The notes beneath the pieces were generated by a model that was not told the DNA's origin, ran no database searches, and worked only from the letters and a program-made list of their open reading frames with translations. From sequence record NZ_CP082221.1: a stretch of DNA of 64,000 bases; one strand, given 5' to 3'. Positions 37,837 to 48,589 of this stretch are shown here, piece after piece. This DNA comes from a plasmid. Numbering within the stretch: position 1 is the stretch's first letter; each line of letters begins with the position of its first letter. Made by a program: the position numbers and the translations under genes.

Positions 37837-40563
37837 ATGACTGGAAATAACAAACTAATCAATTTTAGAGCCATGCTCGCAAACTGGTTTAAGGTCCACG
37901 TATTAGGTGATGATCCGACAGGTAAAAAATTCTCAACTGTAGATTTAACGAATAAGATTCTTGAAAGCTACGGCATGTATCAGATATTTAAATACAACAT
38001 GTTTAATGTGAAAAGAAGTCTTTATTATAATGATGGCCCTTCCGTAAGCTTTGCTCTAGAAATCATACCGCAGACAGGATCAAATGAGGACTTCGTTTCT
38101 CGCATAGTATCTATTATTTCAAGTTTCCCTGCGGAAACAGGTATTCAGATATTAAACTTCGGTAATACAATTTTTGAAGATGATCTTCAAGAGTACTTGG
38201 ATTTACGTGTGGCGGAATATCAGAATGGTAAAGTGTCTGATTTCGCAATAGAATTTGCAAAGAATCGAATCAAACATATCCAGTCTCGTAAAGGACGGCC
38301 ACAGTTCGGAAGAGACTCATATTACGTTATTAAAAAACCAAAAATTATTCTATCAGTTACACGTTCGGGTAGTTATAAAGACCCACAACTAATTAAGCAA
38401 ATGGAAGAGTTGTTGCATCAGACAAGTGCTCAACTACAACAAGCTAAATTACCTAATATTGTTTTAACACCAATGTTACTGCTTAAAATAATTAAGCCAA
38501 TGCTTGACCCTGAGAGTTTATTTAGAACCGTTCCACCAGAACATGAATTCCAAGTTTCTCGCTCATACTACAGTGAAGATTATAATCGTCTAGAATCAAT
38601 AAAAAGTCAGTTAACACCACGTGGTCATTCAGCAACAGTTGGTGTGTCTGAAATAGTATTTGGTCAACCTATAATTGATAAAACTAAGGGAACTAATAGA
38701 TCAGTAAGAGTCTATGATTCTGAATGGATTGAAGAAGATGACGATGAAGATCTAGAAGAAGACAATCGAATTGCATTTCGTGGTTTTGGAGTTATGAGGT
38801 ATCCAAAATTCAAACATCTTTATGAAATGGGAAATGTAATTGGCGATTTTTTTGAAAATTCCCTTCAGTATCCATGCCCTTACATAATTTCGATGGGTAT
38901 TCATATCTTAGATAAAACATCTTCTGAAACCAAAGCAAGAATAAAGCAAGCTCGTTCAACACAGAATGCTGAAAGTAAAATGGCAAAATGGCAGCCTGAG
39001 TATGCTGAAATTGCTAGAGATTGGAATGCGATCACATATCACCTACATAAAGGTGGAGGGATGTGCGAGCTCTATCATACAATCGGGATATTCGCTCCAA
39101 GATCACAACTAGATAGTTATTCTGCAAACGTTGACAATTTATGGAAGTCAAACGGCTTTAGCGTAATGCCGTTATCTTGCTTACAACTGCCACTTCTTTA
39201 TTCATCAATGCCTATGATTTTGACAAAAAAGGCAAGAGATGATTTGAAGAAATTAAAGCTGATTACGACTAAAACAACTATTAATGCCGTAGATATGATG
39301 CCAATTTTGTCAGAATGGCAAGGTTTCGGTAAACCGGTAATTATGGTATTTGGCCGCAGAGGAACACCTTGTTTTTTTGATTTATTTTCAAATAAACAGG
39401 GGAACTATAATTTTTATATTTGTGGTACGTCAGGCGCTGGTAAATCTGTTTTCTCTCTTGAAATTTTGGCAGCTTACAAAAGCTTGGGCTTCAAAATATA
39501 TATTATTGACGTAGGACGCTCATTTAAAAACTTCGTAGCGCTCGGTAAAGGACAAGCAATTGATTTCGCAAAGCGCGAAAAGATTTGTATGAATCCTTTC
39601 ACATGGCTAGAGGTAATTGAAGATGAGGAACTTTCGGAAAAAGAAGGAACCTTAAATACATTTGCCCAAGAGATGAAAATGCTCTTGCCTATGTATGCAA
39701 AAATGGCTTCACCATCCAAACCATTAGACGATTACGATAAAGCTCTCCTTTCAAGAGCTATTAGAGAGACATGGTTAAAATTCCGCAATAACAATGGCGT
39801 AGACCAAATCTCTGACTTCTTGAAAGAAATTAGAGATCAAAACGGAAATATTGATGCACGAGGTTGGGCTCTTGGTACTCAGTTAGAAAATTTCAAAACA
39901 AACGGGATGTATGGAAGTTACTTTAATGGTAAAGCCAACATCGATATGAATAACGAGATGATATATCTCGAACTGGAAGAACTAAAAGACTCACCTGAAT
40001 TAAAAACGGTTGTGCTTTTCGGTGTTATGAACCGAATCATGCGAGATATGTATTTATCGCGATCTCAAGGGAAAATCGTGTTTGTAGATGAAGCATGGCA
40101 ACTACTTGATGATACAGAAGAAACAGCAGCTTTTATTGAAGAAGGTTATCGTAGAGCACGTAAATACTTTGGTTCATTTGGCATGGGTACTCAAGGTATT
40201 GATGACGCATTTGCGAATGATGCTGCTAGAGCTGCATATAATTCTTCAGACTGGAAATTCTTCTTACGCCAAGATGAACAAAGCTTTGAAAAGTTACTTC
40301 AAGAGAAAAAAGCGAACTTTTCTGAAGCTGTCATTAAACAAATTAAGTCAATTGAAAGTATCCACGGTTGGTATTCAGAAATTATGGTTACTTCACCAAA
40401 CGGTCAGCACATCGTAAGACATGTTGCGGATCCGTTTTCTTTAGCTATGGCATCAACAAACAAAGACGACTACAACTTCATTGAAGAATGCACGAATAAA
40501 GGCATGAGTATGACAGAAGCAACATACGCTTTAATGCGTAAAAAAGAGGCTGAAGAAGTATGA
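37837..40563 (+). CDS. traC: TraC (VirB4-family ATPase)
   Basis: 908 aa. Walker A GTSGAGKS, and Walker B around FVDEAW. Confidence 0.9.
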   Translation: MTGNNKLINFRAMLANWFKVHVLGDDPTGKKFSTVDLTNKILESYGMYQIFKYNMFNVKRSLYYNDGPSVSFALEIIPQTGSNEDFVSRIVSIISSFPAETGIQILNFGNTIFEDDLQEYLDLRVAEYQNGKVSDFAIEFAKNRIKHIQSRKGRPQFGRDSYYVIKKPKIILSVTRSGSYKDPQLIKQMEELLHQTSAQLQQAKLPNIVLTPMLLLKIIKPMLDPESLFRTVPPEHEFQVSRSYYSEDYNRLESIKSQLTPRGHSATVGVSEIVFGQPIIDKTKGTNRSVRVYDSEWIEEDDDEDLEEDNRIAFRGFGVMRYPKFKHLYEMGNVIGDFFENSLQYPCPYIISMGIHILDKTSSETKARIKQARSTQNAESKMAKWQPEYAEIARDWNAITYHLHKGGGMCELYHTIGIFAPRSQLDSYSANVDNLWKSNGFSVMPLSCLQLPLLYSSMPMILTKKARDDLKKLKLITTKTTINAVDMMPILSEWQGFGKPVIMVFGRRGTPCFFDLFSNKQGNYNFYICGTSGAGKSVFSLEILAAYKSLGFKIYIIDVGRSFKNFVALGKGQAIDFAKREKICMNPFTWLEVIEDEELSEKEGTLNTFAQEMKMLLPMYAKMASPSKPLDDYDKALLSRAIRETWLKFRNNNGVDQISDFLKEIRDQNGNIDARGWALGTQLENFKTNGMYGSYFNGKANIDMNNEMIYLELEELKDSPELKTVVLFGVMNRIMRDMYLSRSQGKIVFVDEAWQLLDDTEETAAFIEEGYRRARKYFGSFGMGTQGIDDAFANDAARAAYNSSDWKFFLRQDEQSFEKLLQEKKANFSEAVIKQIKSIESIHGWYSEIMVTSPNGQHIVRHVADPFSLAMASTNKDDYNFIEECTNKGMSMTEATYALMRKKEAEEV

Positions 40564-40955
40564 AACTTTCAACTATGCAAAAAATGACTCAAGGTTTAGT
40601 TTTAACAATCATCGTAATAGTTATTGCGGGAGCTATGGATTATTACAATGATATGAAACGTCCAAAGATAGCTACGATCGATATTCTGACACTGGTAAAA
40701 GAACATGAGAAAAAGCTAACAGACTTGTTATATCAAGGCGTTAAAAATCTTGATTCAGCAAATGTTGATTTAGCTCAACAATCAAAAATAGCAGATATCG
40801 AAAATCAAAAATTTACTAAGCAACTTAATAGTGCAGTTCAAAAAATCAGTGATGAATGCAAATGTATTTTGGTTAATAAAGCAGCGCTTTTAAGTGATAC
40901 TAATCGTGTAAAAGATTACACACAACAGGTTAGAGAAACAATCTATCAAAAATAA
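40560..40955 (+). CDS. TrbI-like small membrane protein
   Basis: 131 aa with an N-terminal TM, downstream of traC as in F. Confidence 0.35.
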   Translation: MKLSTMQKMTQGLVLTIIVIVIAGAMDYYNDMKRPKIATIDILTLVKEHEKKLTDLLYQGVKNLDSANVDLAQQSKIADIENQKFTKQLNSAVQKISDECKCILVNKAALLSDTNRVKDYTQQVRETIYQK

Positions 40956-41002
40956 TTAGACAGATTTTTTGATTAAGGAGCCTGACGGCTTAGGGTGTAT
41001 TC

Positions 41003-41503
41003 ATGAATAATGAAGTTAAAAGGTTTAAGGTTGTAAACGTCTTACTAGTGACATTTGTTTTGATGTTGATTGTCAGTGTAGGGCTAATGTTATGCCAAAA
41101 ATGGTTTATCTATACGGTCAATCACACAACAAGCTTGAGTGGGAAAGTATATGTAATTAAAAAAGGTGAGCCTGTACAAAAGGGTGATTTAGTTGGTTTT
41201 TTATGGCAAGGCCAGATCAAATATCCTAAAGACGTTATTTTTGTAAAAATTGTATCAGGTGTTGAAGGTGATCGTATCGTTGTTAAAGATCGAGACGTCT
41301 TTATAAATGATAAATACATTGGTAGAGCAAAAAAACAAAGTGCAGATGGAAAGCTTCAGCTCGAAGTTATCTCATCACAAGTAATTCCTAAAAATGAAAT
41401 ATTTGTAAGCACTCCTCATAAAGACTCGCTTGATAGTCGTTACGCAAAGGTCGGAACAATTAACAAGCAATATATTTTGGGGAAAGCTTATGAAATTTTC
41501 TAA
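41003..41503 (+). CDS. signal-peptidase-like TraF/TrhF (S26 family)
   Basis: Motif-B leader. LepB-like segments (GDLVGF..., GVEGDRIVVKDRDVFINDKYIG). Confidence 0.5.
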   Translation: MNNEVKRFKVVNVLLVTFVLMLIVSVGLMLCQKWFIYTVNHTTSLSGKVYVIKKGEPVQKGDLVGFLWQGQIKYPKDVIFVKIVSGVEGDRIVVKDRDVFINDKYIGRAKKQSADGKLQLEVISSQVIPKNEIFVSTPHKDSLDSRYAKVGTINKQYILGKAYEIF

Positions 41504-42128
41504 ATATCTTTTTTTATTACCAATTTTAGCGATTTCATTTAACTCTAATTCCAAAGATTTAGGGGTTAATGGAGCTGTATATAAAATTCAAGAGCCGGAT
41601 GCATTAGAGCAAATTTATACGAAATTAAAGGCTCTTGAGAAAACCGGTGAGTTAAAGCGGAAACAGCAAGAAGCTGTTTCACGTGCCATGAACTCTGCTA
41701 AAAACCCAAAACCAGTTGAAAATATTTCTACTGTTACAGTAAAGAAGGTCAGGTTATTTGACCCAACCATGCACTTATCTAATGACATAAAAACTGATGA
41801 AGGGGTTGTGGTTGCTAGAGCAGGAACAAGTGTAAATCCATTGGATACCGTGACCATGACTAAAACACTAGTTCTTTTTAAAGGCTCAGATCCAGAACAA
41901 GTACAAGCGGTAAAAAAATTAACTGAATTGTATAAAAATCGAATTACTCCAATTTTAGTAGATGGCTCTTGGTTCGATTTGACTAGAGCTTGGAAACGTC
42001 AAGTCTACTTTGACCAGTACGGTTATATCTCAAAGCGATTACAAATTACATCTGTACCATCGATTGTTAGACAAAATGGAAAAATGCTTGAGATTAGTGA
42101 AGTCCCAGCTAAGGAGTTAGTGAAATGA
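41497..42128 (+). CDS. traW: TraW
   Basis: About 210 aa with a signal peptide, between the peptidase and traU. Confidence 0.5.
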
Positions 42129-43168
42129 AGAAATTTTTTACTATTTTATTCCTTTTAATTTTCACTAATTTAAGCTTCGCCGCTGACTCTGGATCAAATA
42201 ATAATGGATCTAAAAGCTTACGTTGCCCAGGCGAATTTGCTAATCCAATTAGCGATATCTGTTGGTCTTGCATTTTTCCTATCAGCATGGGAGGAATGCC
42301 ATTGTGGAAAGGTGGACAAGAAGATAATAGTAATCCATCGCAATTGTTCTGTAGTTGTGCGATCCCAAGAATCTATCTAGGAATTCAAACAGGTTTTTGG
42401 GAGCCAGTAAGACGAGTAGATGTAACTCGTACTCCTTATTGTATGGTTTCATTAGGAACTGAATTGGACGTAGGTGTAGAAGCACCGGAAGGTGAAGTAC
42501 GTTTGCATGATGACAACAATAGGCACTCATTTTATCAAGCGCACTGGTATACAGATCCAATCATGATGTGGTTAGAAGTGATCTATGAGCATCCATGTAC
42601 TGAAACTGGATACTTTGATATCGGATATATGACTGAGTTGGATCCGATGTGGAATGATGATGAGTTGTCTGCAATTTTATCTCCAGAAGCAGCCTTATTC
42701 ACAAACCCACTTACACAAGCTGCATGTGCAGGGGATTGCGTATTAGCATCAGCAGGTTTTGGTTCAAATGGTCTGTTCTGGTGTGCTGGATGTAATGGTT
42801 CAATTTATCCATTAAATGGGAACGTTGGCGCACATGTTAGTCATATTCAAGCTTCATCACTAATTGCACAACGATTAGCAGCAAAAATGCATCGTCAGTT
42901 CCTAACTTGGGGAACCAATGGAGAAGCTGGATTGTGTGGCGTTTATCCGCAACCAATTATGGATAAAACAGCATATAAATATCAGATGCTCTATCCAGTG
43001 GCACAAACTAAAAAAATTAATGGTAAATGCTGCCAGCCATTCGGCAGAACGACAAGTGTATGGGGTGCCGGGAAATCATGGCCGGTAACTGGCGAACATT
43101 TCTCCTATGAATTATTCAGAAAGAAAAATTGCTGTTTGGGCCCTATTTCACCGTTCTATGTGTATTAA
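42125..43168 (+). CDS. traU: TraU
   Basis: 347 aa, Cys/Trp-rich, with a signal peptide. Confidence 0.6.
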   Translation: MKKFFTILFLLIFTNLSFAADSGSNNNGSKSLRCPGEFANPISDICWSCIFPISMGGMPLWKGGQEDNSNPSQLFCSCAIPRIYLGIQTGFWEPVRRVDVTRTPYCMVSLGTELDVGVEAPEGEVRLHDDNNRHSFYQAHWYTDPIMMWLEVIYEHPCTETGYFDIGYMTELDPMWNDDELSAILSPEAALFTNPLTQAACAGDCVLASAGFGSNGLFWCAGCNGSIYPLNGNVGAHVSHIQASSLIAQRLAAKMHRQFLTWGTNGEAGLCGVYPQPIMDKTAYKYQMLYPVAQTKKINGKCCQPFGRTTSVWGAGKSWPVTGEHFSYELFRKKNCCLGPISPFYVY

Positions 43169-43182
43169 AAGGAGTAACTAGA

Positions 43183-43890
43183 ATGAAAAAATTAATCCTA
43201 GCATCAATTTGTTTGTTGTCTTGCAATGTACACAGTGCAGATTTTCCTAGCGAACAAGAAATTAAAAAGGAAATGGATAAAGTAAAAAATCAGACTTTCA
43301 AAAAGTCTGATTGGGAAATGGCTCAAGAAAAAGCAAGAAAGCAAATTGAAATTTTAAAAAGTGTTGAGGCACGTCCTAACAACTTTCCAAATATTAATGT
43401 TCAAAAACCAAATGGTATAAATCTTGATGACATTGCAGCAAGATATAAACGTAAAGCAGAAAATAAGAAAAATGTTGATGGTATTTTAGCTTTTGCAAGC
43501 TTATCTATGCCCAAAGATGCTTTAAACAAACTAGTGACAGATGTTACTAAGGCTGGTGGCGTAGTTGTCTTTAGAGGTTTTAAAGACGGTAACTACATGG
43601 AAATGGCGAAAGCCATATCCCAGATAGGCGTTAAATCAGCCAATATTCAAATTAACCCTAACGCGTTTAAACAATACCGGGTTGATTCAGTACCGGCTAT
43701 AGTTTTAGTAAAACCACGGGCAGAAGAAAATCTAGATGAAGAAGGCTGTGTATTACCCGAAAATCATAGCAAAATTACGGGTGATATAAGTCTTGAATAT
43801 GCCTTAGAACAAATGGAGAAAAAAGAAACGGCTGAACTGAGTCACATCGCAAAGAGATATCTGACCTTTTTAAAAGGAGCTAATCAATGA
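43183..43890 (+). CDS. trbC: TrbC
   Basis: About 235 aa with a signal peptide. Position matches. Confidence 0.45.
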   Translation: MKKLILASICLLSCNVHSADFPSEQEIKKEMDKVKNQTFKKSDWEMAQEKARKQIEILKSVEARPNNFPNINVQKPNGINLDDIAARYKRKAENKKNVDGILAFASLSMPKDALNKLVTDVTKAGGVVVFRGFKDGNYMEMAKAISQIGVKSANIQINPNAFKQYRVDSVPAIVLVKPRAEENLDEEGCVLPENHSKITGDISLEYALEQMEKKETAELSHIAKRYLTFLKGANQ

Positions 43891-45944
43891 TTAAGAAACA
43901 TCATGTATTAGCAACAATATTGAGTTTTGCATGTATGTCAAGCGTCATACATGCAAAAACAGCAGAAGAGGAAGGGAGAGATTTTGGCCAAAATTCTATT
44001 GAGTCCACATCCTCTTTAGTAAATTCTCAAAATGGTCAGAATACAGTACCTAATTTTTCAACTAACGCACCTGAATCCGCCTATTATCAAAATGGAATGG
44101 GAAACGTTAATAGTATTGGAAACCAGAAAGTTACGAACTGCCAAAACCAAAATATGAGTGGAAGCAATCAACTTAACTTGGAATGTGAGGCTATTAATTT
44201 AGTTAATAAAAGTGCTACATCTAGACCAATTTATGAAATTGATCCAAAAAAAGATCCCCTAGTAAAAGACTCTAAGGAAACGATAAAGGTATCTGGTGAA
44301 AGTGCTACACAAGCAAGCATTGAAGGTTCTACAAATCAGTTTTGCTTCAATAAAGAATTCGATGTTAAACCAGTTTTTGAAAATAAACAGTGCTCAGTAT
44401 TTTCAACTAGTTCTACAGAAAGCTGCATAAACAAAATTCTCTTTACTGATTGTATTTCTCCAATAAAAGACATGATTTGTGGAGAAGATGGAAGCGGAAT
44501 TGATCATACTACTTTAAAAGTGACTAAGCCATTTCATAATTCAACAATCACAATGGAAAATGGCTTTTTAAAAATTGGCCTATTTGGAACTGATGGTTCT
44601 ACTGGAGTACATGCTGCCGAATATAGTTTTGAAGTTAAGAATCTGGAATCTTTGGCTGAATTTCGCCTCACTGATTTTATGAATAACGACGGTTCAAGAC
44701 TTTATATCAATGGTAAAGAAGCATGGAGTTTTAATTGGGGGGGCGCTCATTGTTGCTCAGGAACAACGAATGTGGATCTAAAACCATTCCTCAAAGAAGG
44801 CATTAATACAGTTAGACTTGAAAACTGGAATGCACGCACAGATTGGTGGACAAGTGTAAATATTAAAACAAGAATTGCGTGCGCATGTAAAAAACAGAAG
44901 GTTAATGGTTGTTATGATAAATACAACCCGACTATTAAACCATGCAAAGAGATAAAATCAGAATGCAAAAAAACAATCGATGGCGAATGTGTTTATGAAG
45001 AAAAACAATTCATGTGTGCGGAAAAAACTAATGTATCTGATTGTCAAAACTTAATAGATGCTGGTTGTTCTCAAATTAAAAGTGTTTGTTCATCCAAAGA
45101 CTCAGCAGGTAATTGCTTAACTTATAGTCAAACATATCAATGCAAAACTTCAGAAGCACGAAAAGAAAATCGAAGAGTATGTGTAGAGGCTAAATGTACT
45201 GACGGTAAATGCTATCAAGAATCTTCAGAACCGGATAAAGATTTTGGTCAAGCAATTGCAATGATGGAAGCTACGCGAGAAGCGGGCGTGTATGGCGAAA
45301 AAGATTCTACAGGTTCCTTGAGAGTATTCAATGGAGAAGGGGGAACATGTACTGTAAAGCTATTAGCTGGTCATAACATCATGAGCTGTTGTAAAGAAAT
45401 AAAAGTTGACGTTTCTAAAGCTTCAAACAATGCAACTGGAAGTAAGCAAACTCAAGCTATGGGTAATAACCCGGAACAAGCAGCTCAGCAAACAGAAGGC
45501 TCAACTTATCAATATGATGATTTATATAACGATGATTCAATGATGAAAAACCTTCAGGGAGATCTGACTGGTGGATGGCTTCAATGTAACGAAGAAGAAC
45601 GGGACTTGGCCGTAAAACGTGGCGGTAGTTTATGTACTCATGCGCGGACATGGTGCTCATCAAAAACCATTTTTGGTTGTACTGAAGAGAGTCGTTCCTA
45701 TTGCTGTTTCAAAAGTATCTTGGCAAAGATAATTAACCGAGAGGGCAGAAAACAGCTTGGTCTTTCATTAGAAACTTGTGAAGGAATTACTGTTGAGCAA
45801 TTGCAAAAATTAGATTTCTCTAAAATTGATATGACTGAATTTCAAAACTCAGTAGTGCCAAAAAACGTTGATTTGGGAGATAAAGCAGAAAAGATTAGAG
45901 AACGGGTAAATAAGCAAGCCGTCGGAGGTTATTACAGTGAATAA
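43887..45944 (+). CDS. traN: TraN (Cys-rich outer-membrane mating-pair stabilisation protein)
   Basis: 685 aa with more than 30 Cys. Confidence 0.6.
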   Translation: MIKKHHVLATILSFACMSSVIHAKTAEEEGRDFGQNSIESTSSLVNSQNGQNTVPNFSTNAPESAYYQNGMGNVNSIGNQKVTNCQNQNMSGSNQLNLECEAINLVNKSATSRPIYEIDPKKDPLVKDSKETIKVSGESATQASIEGSTNQFCFNKEFDVKPVFENKQCSVFSTSSTESCINKILFTDCISPIKDMICGEDGSGIDHTTLKVTKPFHNSTITMENGFLKIGLFGTDGSTGVHAAEYSFEVKNLESLAEFRLTDFMNNDGSRLYINGKEAWSFNWGGAHCCSGTTNVDLKPFLKEGINTVRLENWNARTDWWTSVNIKTRIACACKKQKVNGCYDKYNPTIKPCKEIKSECKKTIDGECVYEEKQFMCAEKTNVSDCQNLIDAGCSQIKSVCSSKDSAGNCLTYSQTYQCKTSEARKENRRVCVEAKCTDGKCYQESSEPDKDFGQAIAMMEATREAGVYGEKDSTGSLRVFNGEGGTCTVKLLAGHNIMSCCKEIKVDVSKASNNATGSKQTQAMGNNPEQAAQQTEGSTYQYDDLYNDDSMMKNLQGDLTGGWLQCNEEERDLAVKRGGSLCTHARTWCSSKTIFGCTEESRSYCCFKSILAKIINREGRKQLGLSLETCEGITVEQLQKLDFSKIDMTEFQNSVVPKNVDLGDKAEKIRERVNKQAVGGYYSE

Positions 45945-46749
45945 ATTAATCTTAGCTTCAATGGTTGTATTTAGTGGGCTAACTCAGCTAACAAAAGCCA
46001 ATAATGTATTGGATTATGACTCTGTTTGGAATTGTGATCGAACTAAAGTCAACTGGTATTGTAATAAGCCAAAAGAAGAAACGCCGGTTCAGGAAGTAAA
46101 AAAGGAAACTCCTAAACAAGCTCCTTTATTTGATCCTATTACTGATTTAAATAAATTAAAGACTGCGACTGAACTTCGAGCTGAGTTAAAAAAACGAGAA
46201 GATATAGCAGTCATGTATCCGACAGAACAGAACATCAAAAATTATCTTGATGCATGGCATCTTGTACAAAACAAAGCAACTGTATTTACAGACCAATGGA
46301 GACGAGTAGTTTATCAGAATCCAGACTATGATTATTCATTAAGAAACCCATCTAATAATGCAGCGATTAAAGTTCAAGCACAGGCAAAGCAAACGCAAAT
46401 TGATGGATATCTTAAGAACTTAAGTAAAGAACAAGGATTGATATTCTTCTTCAGATCAGATTGTCCGTACTGTCATCAAATGGCTCCAATACTTAAACAA
46501 TTATCACAAATGTATGGTTTTGAAGTGCTTGGCGTTAGTGTTGATGGAGCTGGATTACCTGACTTTCCAAATCCTGTAGATGGCCGTGCAGTGGTACAAA
46601 AATGGGGTATTGAAAAAGTACCCGCTACCTTTATTGCATCTAAAAAAACTAAAGATCACGCACCGATCGGATTTGGTGTAATGTCTTTAAATGAAGTCAT
46701 AGAAAGAATTTGGGTACTTACAAATACCCAACCAGGTCAAGATTTTTAA
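45937..46749 (+). CDS. traF: TraF/TrbB-like thioredoxin-fold protein
   Basis: 270 aa with a signal peptide and a CPYC motif. Confidence 0.55.
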   Translation: MNKLILASMVVFSGLTQLTKANNVLDYDSVWNCDRTKVNWYCNKPKEETPVQEVKKETPKQAPLFDPITDLNKLKTATELRAELKKREDIAVMYPTEQNIKNYLDAWHLVQNKATVFTDQWRRVVYQNPDYDYSLRNPSNNAAIKVQAQAKQTQIDGYLKNLSKEQGLIFFFRSDCPYCHQMAPILKQLSQMYGFEVLGVSVDGAGLPDFPNPVDGRAVVQKWGIEKVPATFIASKKTKDHAPIGFGVMSLNEVIERIWVLTNTQPGQDF

Positions 46750-46783
46750 ACTTAATTAGAGCCGAAGGGCTTATGGTGTCTCT

Positions 46784-47113
46784 ATGAAAGCAAAATTAAT
46801 AGTAATTTCCTTATCTTTGATTTGTTCTGGCCCTATGTTCGCTGGCTCAAACTCAATGCAAGATGTTTTTTTGAAGATTAATAGTGAAAGAGAAACAGCT
46901 CATTCACTTCAGAAAAATAGATTAATCAAAGTTGAATCTGGCCGTTTTTGTAATGAACATAAAGAATTAACATCTAGTAAAACTAAGATTGCGGATCCGC
47001 AACATTTACATTCTAGTTCATTAAACGAAAGGAGCAGAAAACTTAAAAAACCAGAATTAAGTGGTACTAAAACCTCTGATGAGAATTGCGATAAACCAAT
47101 TCAAGTATCTTAA
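46784..47113 (+). CDS. small lipoprotein resembling the TraH N-terminus
   Basis: Motif B leader. GSNSMQDVFLKIN parallels TraH DPASMQEVFDQIN. Carries a palindrome site in frame. Confidence 0.45.
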   Translation: MKAKLIVISLSLICSGPMFAGSNSMQDVFLKINSERETAHSLQKNRLIKVESGRFCNEHKELTSSKTKIADPQHLHSSSLNERSRKLKKPELSGTKTSDENCDKPIQVS

Positions 47114-47146
47114 TAATAAAGGAGCCTCACGGCTTAAGGTGATGTT

Positions 47147-48574
47147 ATGAAAATTAAAGCATTAATTATAGGTGTTCTATTTGGTATTACGGTTTCTGCA
47201 AATGCCGATCCAGCCTCAATGCAAGAAGTTTTTGACCAAATAAATGCGCGTGGAAATGTTACTCAGCCAACCGCAATCCAGGGCCAGACTATGAATTATA
47301 TGACAGGTGGGAGTTTGTTTATGCGAACTCCCAACACCACATATAATCTAGCTGCTATTACCCCTCCTTCAGCTAATGCTGGTTGTGGCGGCATTGACTT
47401 GTATATGGGTGGCTTCAGCTTTGTAAATAAAGAACAATTTGTAGCCATGCTAAAAAATATCGGCTCAAATGCATTGGGATATGGCTTTAAATTAGCTTTA
47501 CAAAATTTATGTCCGACTTGCGATAACGTTCTGCAAGCTCTTCAATCTGCCTCTCAACAAATTAATAGAATGAACATTGATTCGTGTGAGGCAGCGAAAG
47601 GGATTGTTAATGCAGCAACTTCTACTGTTGCATTGCGTGGACGCGAACAATCTTCAATGAATTTTGGAACAATAAAAAATATCTTCAGTGATATGACAGA
47701 AGCATGGACCAAGAATAAGGGAAATTCACAACAAACAAATCAAACTTTAGATAATTTATCTAATCAAGATCCAAATATGAAAAATCATATACCGGATGGT
47801 AACTTGACTTGGAAAGCATTATCAAAAATTTCAGCATTACCTACAGACCAAAAATACTTAATCATGGCAATGGTGGGTACAGTAGTTATAACTGAAGATC
47901 CAACCAATGGAACGCCTAAAATAGTCGCTTATCCGCGAAGAATCGATAATATTTCTACACTCATTGGTACTAGTGCAAGTTCACAAGCACAATTTCCAGT
48001 TTGGCGTTGTGTCGATGGTACACGTGAAGATGAATGTACATCTCTTGTTCAAGACAACTTAACAACTAATGAAACATTCTATTCGCTAGTAGATGAAAAG
48101 ATGAGATTACTAGCGGATGCTATTTCGCAACGTCGCCCAATTACTGATGCTGGTGGAATCATTCAATTCATCAATTTAACAGATATTCCGATCTATAAAA
48201 TCATAGCACTGAATACTCGATATGGTGGTGATAGTACTGCTGCAATGATGGCCTTAGACCAGTACAAAGAACTGATAGCAGCAAAATATGCTCTTGCGTA
48301 CTTTGAAATAACTTCAAAGATGGTTGAAGCTGCTTTAGGCAATATTATTGCTGGAACGGCTGATGCTGTAACTGCTCAAGAAGTTACTAAGATTAGAGAA
48401 ACCTTAGATAAAACAAGAGCAGACTTGAACCAAAGCACGCAAGTTGCTTACGCACGTTCCAATGTCTCATTTAATATCGCCCAGGAAGTTCAGCATATGG
48501 AGCGAACTTTACATTCAAATTTAGCTCCAGCTTTAAGACAGTCAATTGTCTTCGCTAACACATTAGATAAATAA
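47147..48574 (+). CDS. traH: TraH
   Basis: 475 aa with a signal peptide and a motif-B leader. Confidence 0.6.
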   Translation: MKIKALIIGVLFGITVSANADPASMQEVFDQINARGNVTQPTAIQGQTMNYMTGGSLFMRTPNTTYNLAAITPPSANAGCGGIDLYMGGFSFVNKEQFVAMLKNIGSNALGYGFKLALQNLCPTCDNVLQALQSASQQINRMNIDSCEAAKGIVNAATSTVALRGREQSSMNFGTIKNIFSDMTEAWTKNKGNSQQTNQTLDNLSNQDPNMKNHIPDGNLTWKALSKISALPTDQKYLIMAMVGTVVITEDPTNGTPKIVAYPRRIDNISTLIGTSASSQAQFPVWRCVDGTREDECTSLVQDNLTTNETFYSLVDEKMRLLADAISQRRPITDAGGIIQFINLTDIPIYKIIALNTRYGGDSTAAMMALDQYKELIAAKYALAYFEITSKMVEAALGNIIAGTADAVTAQEVTKIRETLDKTRADLNQSTQVAYARSNVSFNIAQEVQHMERTLHSNLAPALRQSIVFANTLDK

Positions 48575-48589
48575 GTAGGGATAATAATT

